Sequence record: LR745208.1 | Strand: one strand, 5' to 3' | DNA length: 64,000 nt | Part shown: one piece after another, positions 45,819 through 55,600 of the stretch | How the letters are laid out: the number at the start of each line of letters is the position of its first letter | How positions within the stretch are numbered: position 1 is the first letter of the stretch | The notes under the pieces: model-generated | Database searches by the model: none | The model's input: the letters and a program-made list of their open reading frames with translations, nothing else | Told to the model about the DNA's origin: nothing | Made by a program: the position numbers and the translations under genes

Positions 45819-48667
45819 GTAAACAGGTCTCCAACGTCGTCTAGTGCATTCTGTGACCTGTCATTGTCCCTCTTCGGGACCATCATGGGTACCTCGTGGG
45901 TGGTCAGGATCCTTCTACATGACCACTCCACCTGTGCGAAGAAGTTCTTGAAAGGTGCTTGGTCACGGCTCTTGAGACACTGGAACAGAACACGGTTCTG
46001 ATTTCGTAGAGTCTCGTCCAAATAGGTGGCCGTCACGATGTCAGAACTCCTCTCCGCCTCGTTGCAATAACTGAGGAAAGTGAGGTTATACGGCCCTATT
46101 GTATAGGTATTATCCGATTTCTCTACAGCCTTCTCTGCTGCCTTGAACCCCTCACGGGAAATCTGAAACAGGTTGACCACAGCCATTCCTGCCCCCCGAT
46201 TGAAGTTCATGGCCAGTCTCTTGAGGTCCCGCAAAATCTCGTTGAGTCTCTCGGTCGTGGACGGAACCCATTTACGTGGAGCCAGCAAACCTGCGTGGTC
46301 AACGATCAGTAAACTGAAGGGAGACTTGGAGTAAATGACTTCTGCCCTAGATCGTAGATCCGCCACATTAAAGTCGCTCTTGTCCGGGTCTGACACCTCA
46401 ATGTGTATTTTGCCATAGAGCCCGGAATTGAAGTCCGGGATCACGTAGTCCAGCAAGAAGGTCTTTTCTTCCGGTGTGAGTTGACCATCTCGGACCCTGC
46501 CATAGTCCAGGCTCACGGAAGGACCCGGGTCCTTCTGGATACCAAGTTGGATCCTGGCTTCCCTGAACTTGCCATGCATAGAGTGTATCGCGTAGAGGAT
46601 TCGGCGGCACTGGATGTAGGGCATTTCCAGAGAGAAAATTAGGGAGTCATGTTTTAGGTAGACTGCTTGGTTGTATGCCCAGTTCATGGCAAAGCTACTG
46701 TTGTGGGTGATGAACCCATTTGCCACGAAATTGGCATGCCCAGGAACCGACATATCATAGGTCATTTCCATCCCATCCAATGTGGAATATCTAACCCTCT
46801 CCCAACTCACATTCCCCTCCATCATACGAGTGAGTTGCTCATCCCCTACAACCTCAGCGAACTTCCTCACATAATTCCTGGAGACCCAGGCCCCTTTCTT
46901 TGCCCTCCTGACGGATCGCCAAAACCCTGTTGGGGTCTTGAATCTTGTGAGATCGGGAATGTCAGCAAGAAAAGACGCTGGGATCCTATCCCCATCATAT
47001 TTGATAAGAGCAGTTTGGTTCCACTTCTCTGCTTTTCTCCTAGTGGGCTCTTTGCCCTTTGGGGAAATCTTGGACAAGAACAGCCCCATACCTTGTCGCG
47101 ATGTAACTAGAAGGGACCAGAAGTCATAGGGCTCCCCATTACAGGTTACTGAAACCTTACTCACGGTAGAGGGAACCCCAACCCGCTGTAGGAGAGCCTG
47201 AAGATCTACCACCAATTGATAGCTTGTGCTGCCATATGAGAAGACGGATTTCCCCTTCCTTTTTCCCCTTGACTTCTCCATTCCGATTCGGCCATCCGTC
47301 GCCCACAGGGCGGACAATAGGACCCACACCTGATCATCGGATATAGCCCACAAATCACCCGGGATGTGTTTGTCCCGAGCCCCTGCTCCCCACAGCCCCA
47401 GATTCTCTAGAAGCAATCGAACAGGGGACGGAGTGTACCCCTTACGGTCAGGAGATCTGGATACCCGGATCACATCCGTGTGCTTCCTGCCATCCGACTT
47501 ACAGACCCTCTTATCCACCGTCCTAAAAACAGGGGGGTCCTGAAGCTGTTTCCTACGAGTTCCTTTTGCTTCCTTAATCCCCATCTCCTTCAAGCACCTG
47601 ACACTGCTATTCGTAAGCGTGAGATCCTCGATAATACCCCCATCCCCTATCAAGTATCCAAGAACTGCAACCTCCTCATCGGTGAAAGGACTTTTCACTC
47701 TGGCCCCAACCCTAAGGTCTCTGGGCACGGCTACCCAATCTCCAGAGGAAAGATCCTCCGCATTTACCCACCCAGTTGGAGTTCGGAAGGGGTGATTTCC
47801 AGATACACGAATGCTTCGGCCAGTCTCGCTCTCAATCTTCAGGATTGGCCTGACCCCACTTTCTGCCACATGAGAAACTTGTGCTGTAGTCATTTTCCAT
47901 TTGGTTTCATCTAGGGTATGAACTGTGGGCAGGTCCCCCGTGTCAAAGATTTCTTTGACCGTACGAAGTTTTCCGGTTGTCACATCGAAAAGCCTTGTCC
48001 CCCCCGTAACGCACTTGAGCCCTCCCGTCCAAGCGGCATGCGTCCACAGCTCAAACTTCTTAGCCCCGCTGAGAGTAGTATCTATCTGCTCGATCCCCGT
48101 ATGCTGCCCAAATCCTGCTAGAGGGTCGTTCTCAATTCGATCATACTCTCGTTTGAAGTCCTCCCCATCCAAAGTGATCTCCCCAGAGAGACGCTGCCCA
48201 GTTGCGGGCATCACAATATCATGGGACTTGGTGATCAAAAACCGGATGGCATCAATGGGCCCGCGAATGAGTTTCTTCTGTTTGCCCTCTTTGATCTCCA
48301 TCCCCGTCGAGACAATCTGCCCTGCCTCCCGGAGTAATTCCTGGACAAGACGTGTCCTTCGTTCCTCTGCCCTCTCTTCCACCCTATGGAGGAAGTCCCC
48401 CTTGTACAGGGGCTTGAGGGTGAGGAGGATCTCAATCCGGTCTACGGGCTCCGGCTGATGTAGCTGCTCAAAATGGGCACGTAGAGTCCGAACGTCAGGC
48501 ACATGATTGTGAGTTCGGGCAAAGTTCTGAATGACCTCCCAAATGGTGTTGTCCTCAGGGACATCAAACCCCAGCGAGGCATCCCCCAGGGCGAGGTAGT
48601 TGCGAAAGGCAAGTTCCTGGTCATCCGAGGTAGACCCAATGAATGATGATCGTAGGAGAATCTTCAC
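45815..48667 (-). CDS. dnaB: DnaB-like replicative helicase with intein
   Basis: HTGIEQID, Walker A AWTGGLK|S, FSLEM, LLIVDH, LKRLA, FQISREG, EAERSSDIV. Confidence 0.88.
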   Translation of the reverse strand: MKILLRSSFIGSTSDDQELAFRNYLALGDASLGFDVPEDNTIWEVIQNFARTHNHVPDVRTLRAHFEQLHQPEPVDRIEILLTLKPLYKGDFLHRVEERAEERRTRLVQELLREAGQIVSTGMEIKEGKQKKLIRGPIDAIRFLITKSHDIVMPATGQRLSGEITLDGEDFKREYDRIENDPLAGFGQHTGIEQIDTTLSGAKKFELWTHAAWTGGLKCVTGGTRLFDVTTGKLRTVKEIFDTGDLPTVHTLDETKWKMTTAQVSHVAESGVRPILKIESETGRSIRVSGNHPFRTPTGWVNAEDLSSGDWVAVPRDLRVGARVKSPFTDEEVAVLGYLIGDGGIIEDLTLTNSSVRCLKEMGIKEAKGTRRKQLQDPPVFRTVDKRVCKSDGRKHTDVIRVSRSPDRKGYTPSPVRLLLENLGLWGAGARDKHIPGDLWAISDDQVWVLLSALWATDGRIGMEKSRGKRKGKSVFSYGSTSYQLVVDLQALLQRVGVPSTVSKVSVTCNGEPYDFWSLLVTSRQGMGLFLSKISPKGKEPTRRKAEKWNQTALIKYDGDRIPASFLADIPDLTRFKTPTGFWRSVRRAKKGAWVSRNYVRKFAEVVGDEQLTRMMEGNVSWERVRYSTLDGMEMTYDMSVPGHANFVANGFITHNSSFAMNWAYNQAVYLKHDSLIFSLEMPYIQCRRILYAIHSMHGKFREARIQLGIQKDPGPSVSLDYGRVRDGQLTPEEKTFLLDYVIPDFNSGLYGKIHIEVSDPDKSDFNVADLRSRAEVIYSKSPFSLLIVDHAGLLAPRKWVPSTTERLNEILRDLKRLAMNFNRGAGMAVVNLFQISREGFKAAEKAVEKSDNTYTIGPYNLTFLSYCNEAERSSDIVTATYLDETLRNQNRVLFQCLKSRDQAPFKNFFAQVEWSCRRILTTHEVPMMVPKRDNDRSQNALDDVGDLFT
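46700..48013 (-). mobile_element. Intein in the DnaB Walker A (438 aa, LAGLIDADG)
   Basis: K|CVTGGT ... FITHN|S; LGYLIGDG and LSALWATDG blocks. Confidence 0.92.
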
Positions 48668-49557
48668 CGGTCACCACCCCTATTCTTTTTCTTGTCAGCC
48701 TTCTTCTTGTCCTCCCAAGGATCCTTAGGGGGTCTCCCCACCACTCTGGTTGTACCTGTAGATTGAGTCATGATGCCCGTGGATAGACTGAGCACAACAG
48801 GAGGGGTGGGTGCGGAGGGCTCTCCCTCATCAGGGGCATCTTCTTTAGGAGCAAATCCCATCTCCACAAGGCCGATGGTTCCTGGGTCAGCCTCCTTCAC
48901 GGAGGATGGCCGTCTCTCGTCCAAGGCTACATTTTCCCACCCAGCCATGAAGGTCAGGGCGGCATCTGAGAAGGCTATATGGTTGACATCGAACCTGTGA
49001 TCAGGCTGGTCCACCACCCAAGTTGGCTTTTGAACGTGCCTACGATGCTGAAGAGCCTCCAGGAACACCTCCCACATTGCCCTGTTGCGGGCCGACTTAA
49101 CACCCAATTGGATAACTAACAATTGGGGTGGATCCACAAGGTCCACAAGGGTCGCCTTTTCGGTGGATGCACTCATGGCATCCGGGTCGAAGATCTCTTG
49201 ACCTGAGACGGCCACATTGGCCAGCCATGCCGTTATGAGATCAGAGTCAGATACCACCTTGAACCCCCATCTATACTGGCGCATGACATGAATGCCAACC
49301 AGCCTCAAATGAGACCTGAGGGTGGCTGCTGATGCCGTGATGAAAACATCCTGATCCCACAAATCCAGAAGGGGGGACTCAGTGATCTTGGCGGCCTGCA
49401 CGATTCCCTTCCAGGCCTTTTCCAACCGGTCACTGATGTCCTTAGCCAACAAGCAGGAGCAAGCCCGGGTCATCGGGATCCCCATATGCGTCTTCTCGTC
49501 ATCCACGAAGCCCGTTCCAAAGCACTTCTGGCAAACCTTGGGTTTTTCGTCACTCAT
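48664..49557 (-). CDS. DnaC-like (degenerate AAA+) protein with N-terminal Zn finger
   Basis: CQKCFGTG...RACSC then PQLLVIQLG; directly upstream of DnaB; no canonical Walker A. Confidence 0.55.
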   Translation of the reverse strand: MSDEKPKVCQKCFGTGFVDDEKTHMGIPMTRACSCLLAKDISDRLEKAWKGIVQAAKITESPLLDLWDQDVFITASAATLRSHLRLVGIHVMRQYRWGFKVVSDSDLITAWLANVAVSGQEIFDPDAMSASTEKATLVDLVDPPQLLVIQLGVKSARNRAMWEVFLEALQHRRHVQKPTWVVDQPDHRFDVNHIAFSDAALTFMAGWENVALDERRPSSVKEADPGTIGLVEMGFAPKEDAPDEGEPSAPTPPVVLSLSTGIMTQSTGTTRVVGRPPKDPWEDKKKADKKKNRGGDR

Positions 49558-52547
49558 GCCGCTTTCCTAGATCTGGCATCCTGAACCAGTGAGTCAAACA
49601 GGTCGCTCAGGTCATTGGACACGTCCACAGTTACTCCCGTGTCCTCCCCCTTGATGCGTTTTCCCAGCACACTTTCGATGAGTTCCATCTTCTTGGCCAG
49701 GACCTTCAAAACCCTTTCATCGATGGTCCCAGTTGCCATCAGGTGTATTGCGTAGCACCGGTCGTGGATGCTTCCGATACGGATCATGCGTCCAATAATC
49801 TGGAGGTAGTCCCCACCCGACCAGGGAGTATCGAAAAACACGAGCGCGGAGGCAGCCTGTAGGTTGATGGCCTCAGCTGCGGCGGTCGTGATACACACTA
49901 CCCTGACATCCGAGTTTGGGTTCTGGAAAGCGTCCTGGGCGGTTTTTCTCTCCTTCTCGTCCTCCTCTCCTGTAATCCTGACGGCCTTGATGCCAGCCTT
50001 TTTCAAGGTGGGCATGAGGATGTCCACCATCTTGCGGAAACGGGAGAAGACGATGACCCGCTGCCCCTCAAGCTCCCCCCCGTCCCCCAATAACTCCATC
50101 AGGGCGTCAAGCTTCTCACTTTCCCCCTCACACCCAATCAGCTCGGGGTGGTTAACAATCTGTTGGCAGTAGGTCACCGCGGTAAGTTTGGTGACTTCCT
50201 TTTCCTCAGACTTGTTGTCCCGTATGATCTCCAAGAGACCAGCCAGGGCATCATCGTACTTGGACCGCTGGAGGGGAGTCATCCCGACCTTGACGTATTT
50301 GGTGATCAGCGGTGGCAGCTCACTCGCCACCTCGAACTTCGCCCTTCCCAGATAGTACGGGTCAATGGTTTCCTTGAATGCTTGGATATCTTTGGCCCGG
50401 TACCCAACGATGATGGGCACCTTACGACGGGTCCCTGGCAACTGCTGCAATCGAGTGACACAGAAGTTGTCCAGGAAGTGGCTCTTGTTGCCAAACAAAC
50501 CAGGGACCAGCACCTTGTAGATGCCCCACCCCTCAATGAGGTTGTTTTTGATTGGTGTGGCAGTAAGTGCCCAAGTTCTGTCCGCTCTGGAAGAGAGATG
50601 TTCACACACTTGGTGGACCTGGGTAGCGGAGTTTTTGTATGCACTGGCCTCGTCGGTCACAAACACGTACCCAGTACGGTCTTGAAGGTCCGTGAAATCC
50701 TGTACCGCAGTCCGGTACCCCATGACCAATACGGAAGGCCCGGTTGCTGCCCAGAAGGCATCTCGAATCTTCTTGCGTTGGGCGGGGACCCCCCTACACG
50801 GGAAGGTCGTAATCCCCGTAGCAAACTTCTGGAACTCTCCAGACCACTGCTCAATTGAGGACTTGGTGGTAAGGATCACCACCTTGAGGTCTGGGGTCTT
50901 CTCCCAAAGGTAACAAAGGGTCCCGATAACCTCCAAAGTGTTGTGGTTGATGAAGCCATCTGCCACAAATGAGTGCTGTGGGTCCCCAACTTCAATATCC
51001 GCCACATCAGCAAGCTCATCTCGTATGGACTCAATGGGGTCGTAGAAAAAATGGTTGTGGCAGATTGACTGTACCTCCTGGAAGGCATCCGTATTCTCTA
51101 TCTGTACCTGACGGGCAACCCCCATCAAATGATGGAGGAAAAAGTATGTGGGGTTACTACCATGGTTCCTGATGTTGTTCAGAGTTTTCTCGAAGTATAA
51201 CCCAAACTGTTTGATCCCACTCCCGGTTCTACTCTCATTAGATCCTTTGCGAGTCGACCTAGATAGAATCTCTGCACGCAGGGAGTCCACCATTGTCTTA
51301 GCATGGGGGATAACATCCAGATTGGCGTTCGATTTCTTGTTAAAGAGTCTAGCAAGGGCTTCCTGTTTCCTAGGAGTTAGAAAACCAATGGTGTCATGGA
51401 AAGCTCGCGCGTCATCTCCACAAATAGTCAATCTCCAATAGGTGTTGTGCTCGTATCCTTTGACGGCCTTGATGTTACGGGAGCCCATAATACCAAACCT
51501 AAGCAGCAGAACCTGAATATCCTTTAGAAGCCATTCTGAAGCACTACTGATCTCCAGAATGTCTCCATCCACGGACGCCTCACCATCGAAAAAGGCCCGG
51601 AGGAAGCTGATTACAGATTCCCTGGTACCTTGGAAAATAGGCCAAGGTACCCTCTTTGTGGCCGAAAGCCCCATCTCAACGCCTAAACCCAGGAGGTACT
51701 CCCGGATATGCACACTGCTAATGGTAACCACTGTATCTCTACTTTTGTCTCCTGCGTCCCCCTCCCACCCCAAGAGTCCTTTTCCAAGTTGCCGGATATG
51801 GTCATGCACTTCTTGATTGATGGACCTGTACTGTGTTATGTTGGTTGCCCACCTACTAGCATGCCCCTCTGCCACCACATAAGCCAGAAAAGCTGCCAAT
51901 CCTGGGGAAAGATGATCTGGTGTTGTGTAAATCTTCGCGTGAGGAGCTATATCTGCCAAAACCGGAATGGGGAGCCCGGGCTCCCTCGTTGGAAAAGCCA
52001 CTAAGGACCTGTCAAGACACAGGAAGTCTCCCAATTGTGAATCACCCATTTTGGTGAACCCCTCTACCCCTGACCCATCCCTGGACCACAATGGGTGCAC
52101 TAGGGACCCAACCGTCTCATAGCCCCTCCTGGTAACCACCCGACGCACTGGCTTGGGCCCACCATAATAGAATCTCTGGATGGGTGCCCAGTTCCAACCC
52201 GTCCACACTTGAGTGGGCACATCAAGTTCATAGAAGGTATCTGGCTCCAAATGGGTTCCTTTTGGGGCCAGATCCCCCAATCTAAGCATCCCGCGATCTG
52301 TCAGAACCAAACTATCAAGGGGCTTGCATTTGCCCAAACCCGTGTCGTCCGCAAGAAGGAACCGTTTCATGGCTAGGAGGTGCATGATCCCCTGGATCTG
52401 GTAGTACCTCAGTCTCAGGGGTCTCTCCACCCCGTCAAATCCAGTGAAGGTGGCCTTCATGTACTTGGACTGGCGAGCCTCCAAGTCTGTACGGGTGCGA
52501 ATTTGCTTGAGTTTTTCGTAGGCGGGATTCAGAGGTGGGTCGGCCAT
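49554..52547 (-). CDS. SNF2-family (SF2) helicase with intein
   Basis: LADDTGLGK|T, VTDEAS, LTATPIKN, IVFSRF, EAINLQ, QIIGRMIRIG. Confidence 0.92.
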   Translation of the reverse strand: MADPPLNPAYEKLKQIRTRTDLEARQSKYMKATFTGFDGVERPLRLRYYQIQGIMHLLAMKRFLLADDTGLGKCKPLDSLVLTDRGMLRLGDLAPKGTHLEPDTFYELDVPTQVWTGWNWAPIQRFYYGGPKPVRRVVTRRGYETVGSLVHPLWSRDGSGVEGFTKMGDSQLGDFLCLDRSLVAFPTREPGLPIPVLADIAPHAKIYTTPDHLSPGLAAFLAYVVAEGHASRWATNITQYRSINQEVHDHIRQLGKGLLGWEGDAGDKSRDTVVTISSVHIREYLLGLGVEMGLSATKRVPWPIFQGTRESVISFLRAFFDGEASVDGDILEISSASEWLLKDIQVLLLRFGIMGSRNIKAVKGYEHNTYWRLTICGDDARAFHDTIGFLTPRKQEALARLFNKKSNANLDVIPHAKTMVDSLRAEILSRSTRKGSNESRTGSGIKQFGLYFEKTLNNIRNHGSNPTYFFLHHLMGVARQVQIENTDAFQEVQSICHNHFFYDPIESIRDELADVADIEVGDPQHSFVADGFINHNTLEVIGTLCYLWEKTPDLKVVILTTKSSIEQWSGEFQKFATGITTFPCRGVPAQRKKIRDAFWAATGPSVLVMGYRTAVQDFTDLQDRTGYVFVTDEASAYKNSATQVHQVCEHLSSRADRTWALTATPIKNNLIEGWGIYKVLVPGLFGNKSHFLDNFCVTRLQQLPGTRRKVPIIVGYRAKDIQAFKETIDPYYLGRAKFEVASELPPLITKYVKVGMTPLQRSKYDDALAGLLEIIRDNKSEEKEVTKLTAVTYCQQIVNHPELIGCEGESEKLDALMELLGDGGELEGQRVIVFSRFRKMVDILMPTLKKAGIKAVRITGEEDEKERKTAQDAFQNPNSDVRVVCITTAAAEAINLQAASALVFFDTPWSGGDYLQIIGRMIRIGSIHDRCYAIHLMATGTIDERVLKVLAKKMELIESVLGKRIKGEDTGVTVDVSNDLSDLFDSLVQDARSRKAA
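50940..52328 (-). mobile_element. Intein in the SNF2 Walker A (463 aa, LAGLIDADG)
   Basis: K|CKPLDS ... FINHN|T; FLAYVVAEG and FLRAFFDGE blocks. Confidence 0.92.
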
Positions 52548-52640
52548 GCGTACACCTTACACCACTGTGGACGATTTGCCGGTAAGCAATATCCGGCTGA
52601 TAGGTCGGTATGGTGGTAAGCTATACACAGGAGCCCACAA

Positions 52641-55600
52641 GTGGATATTGACGCCAAAGATTTCGTAGACTATGCCACCTTCTACGTCGCCCTGTCGTCT
52701 GTGGACGAACTCATTGCAACCCTCACCACGGCTGGTGAGGAAAAACCTACAGAATACAGTGGGTTAGACCTGCTCGTGCTACAGAACCAAAGGCTAGATG
52801 CTGACCGGTTCATCCGGATGATTGCCCCCAGCCTGGACTCGGCCATCGACATTTTGGTCCGAGACATGGCTGAGAAGGCCAATCTCCGCATCAAAATCCG
52901 CATTGACATGGCCCTCAAGGGCAGTCCGGTCTCGGGTTACGCCAAACGTAGGGATCTCCTCCTCTTTTTCTTGGGTCGGATGAAGGCCCACAACAACAAG
53001 CTCCGGGAGGACTTGGAGGCGGTGGGCACCAAGGCCACGGCTCTGGTCCGGGCGGCATCCCTGTCATCCCCCCTTTCTCGGCTGTTTGAGGTGGCGTCAA
53101 TCCAATCTGCCTCCGGTAGGAACAACAAGCTCAAGCAATGGGCCATCAAGGCATCAGGACTCTGTGGCAATGCCGTGAGCGAGGAGGAAGTCCTCGCCAA
53201 CGAGCTGCAAGAAGTGAAGAGCCTTGTGGATGAGATCCAGGCTGCGGACCGCAAACTCGTTACCCGCGACCCTGGGGACTCGGAAGCCGCAGAAATTGCA
53301 GAGGTGAAGGCCGACCTCAAGTCAACCCTCAAGGAAGCCATTGAGCAGTCCTCCGACCCTAATGCTGTAAAACTAGCCGTGGCCACCCAGATCAATGACA
53401 GTGCCAAGACCCCGTACCTGACCAAAGTTGGGGCTGCAATCAAGGGGGGATTGAGCCCTGCCCAAGAGGAGCAGGTAATGGCCCGTGGGAAGCTGATTAT
53501 TGCCAGCGGGGCGGGATCGGGAAAAACCCGCGTCCTGGCCTCCAAGGTAGTCTACCACATGCAGGAGTTGGGGCAGGGTCCTGGCAGCGTGATGGCCGTG
53601 TCCTTCTCGATCAAATCCTCCGCAGAGCTGAAGAAGCGTGTCTTTGACTATGCTGAAAAAGCTGGCTTGAACCTCCCCAAGAGTGGCGACTATCCTGGCT
53701 TCGGAACTACACATGCCATTGCCAGAATGGTCCTCAATAGCAGTGGTCGATACCGGATCAGTGCAGGGGACCGGGGTGGAGACAAGTCTGAAAGTGCCAT
53801 CAAAGGTGGGGAACTCAACAAACTCATCAAGGTGGCTATCGAACAGGTGAAGATGTCGGCCCGTTCGACTCCCAGCATCCCCAAAGATGCCATGACCTTC
53901 TTTCCCAACCTGGGGAACATCGCCACCCCATCCATCAACAATGAATCGAACGTAAAAGCACCCATTGATGTGCCTGTCCAGGAACCATCTCCAATCGAGG
54001 TCTACCTGGAAGATGCCAATGGGTATGCCAGCCTGATTGACACGGCCCTACAGGCTCTTAGGAGCTCTCAACAGGGTGTTCTCAAGGTGGAGGGAAAATC
54101 TCTGAGCACCAGATTTGGCCCAAAAACCCTGATCACCATTCGTGGTCCGGGCGTCAAACAGTTCTACAATGAGCTGTCCCGAATGCGGACACCTGACGGG
54201 AACCAAACCAAATATGAGAAAGCCAACCCACAGTACAGAACCCCAGACCAATTCCAAATCTGGGCAGGCCCCAATGCCAACATTGAGGCCACCCGTGCCT
54301 TCATTGACAAGTACCTGGGCCTAGGAACGATCCAGAATTCCATTGATGCCCTCCTAAGTCTCAAGGGCAAGGACCCCAAGGACATCACGGATAGTGAGCG
54401 GGGTATCCTCCAGACCATTGTGACCCAGCCAGTTGTGGCCAGCAAACTCAAATCCACCAACATGGCTGTCAAGACGGCTGCGGATGAGAATGGGAATGAG
54501 CCCGCATTTGAGGACTCTGGGGAAATGGATGCATATGAGGCTCAAGGCATCCAGAAGATGAAGCAAAACACTACAGACCCATACTACTACTGGCTCAACA
54601 ATCCAGCGGGGCAGTGGTTCAACATTGGAGCTTCAGCCAGCGACTTCGAGAAAGAGGATGATAAGGGCACCAAGAAGAAGGTCCCCCTCTCTGTGTTCGC
54701 TAGGTTTATTGGAATCAACAAAAACACCCTGGTGGCCCCCGGACAGACCTTCGTGGATGCTGAGAAACCCCAGGATGGTGCGAGTGCTGAGGATGATGAG
54801 AGGGAGGAGCAAGAGGGGGGGGTTTCCTCCCGTATTCTAGCCGCAGTATATGGGGCCTATGAGTGGCTGAAGACCAACTCAACCCCCACCAAGGGACGTC
54901 TGGACTACGATGACCAGCTCATTCAGGCAGCGCGCGTCCTGAGTGAGAACCCACAGCTCCTCAAGAGACTGCAAACGCAGTACAAGACGGTTTTGATCGA
55001 TGAAGCCCAGGATCTCAACAAATGTGTCCACGGAGACACGGTAGTCACTACACGAAGTGGCACTAAAATGGTCAAGGATCTGACCATTGGAGAGGATGTC
55101 CTTTCCCTTGAGGCAGGAAGGATAGAATTTCATCGCATACTGGCGAAAGCCGATAGCTCCTGGACCCGGGGTTACAGGATAACCACGGCAACTGGCCGCA
55201 CCCTCACCATGTCCCCTGATCACCAAATATACGCCACTGATATTGAGCGGGTACCTGAAGGGCAAATGGCCCTGTACATGATGTACCGGAAGGACATGGG
55301 ATTCAGGCTAGGAACCTCAACTAGGCCCACCCATCGGACCAAAGGCGGGTCTAACAGTAGGGCTGCTGCCGAGCATGCGGATGCCATGTGGATCTTGGAA
55401 ATGGGGACCCCAGAGGACATTCTCTACAAAGAACAGGCATATTCCCTCAAGTATGGTGTCCCCACATACATTTATGAGGGATACAACCATGGGTGTGATC
55501 AGCCCAGAATTGACAAGCTCTTCCAGGAATTTGGGAAGAATGGGTTATCTCTGCTCCAAAAGTATGACCTGGACCCTCGTTTCCCCCATTGGACCAACTC

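Noticed and set aside
1500-52560. Recurrent TAAGGTGT motif (about 1521, 1641, 52553) as a phage promoter
   Set aside because: Only three copies noticed; the one before SNF2 is explained as an SD variant.
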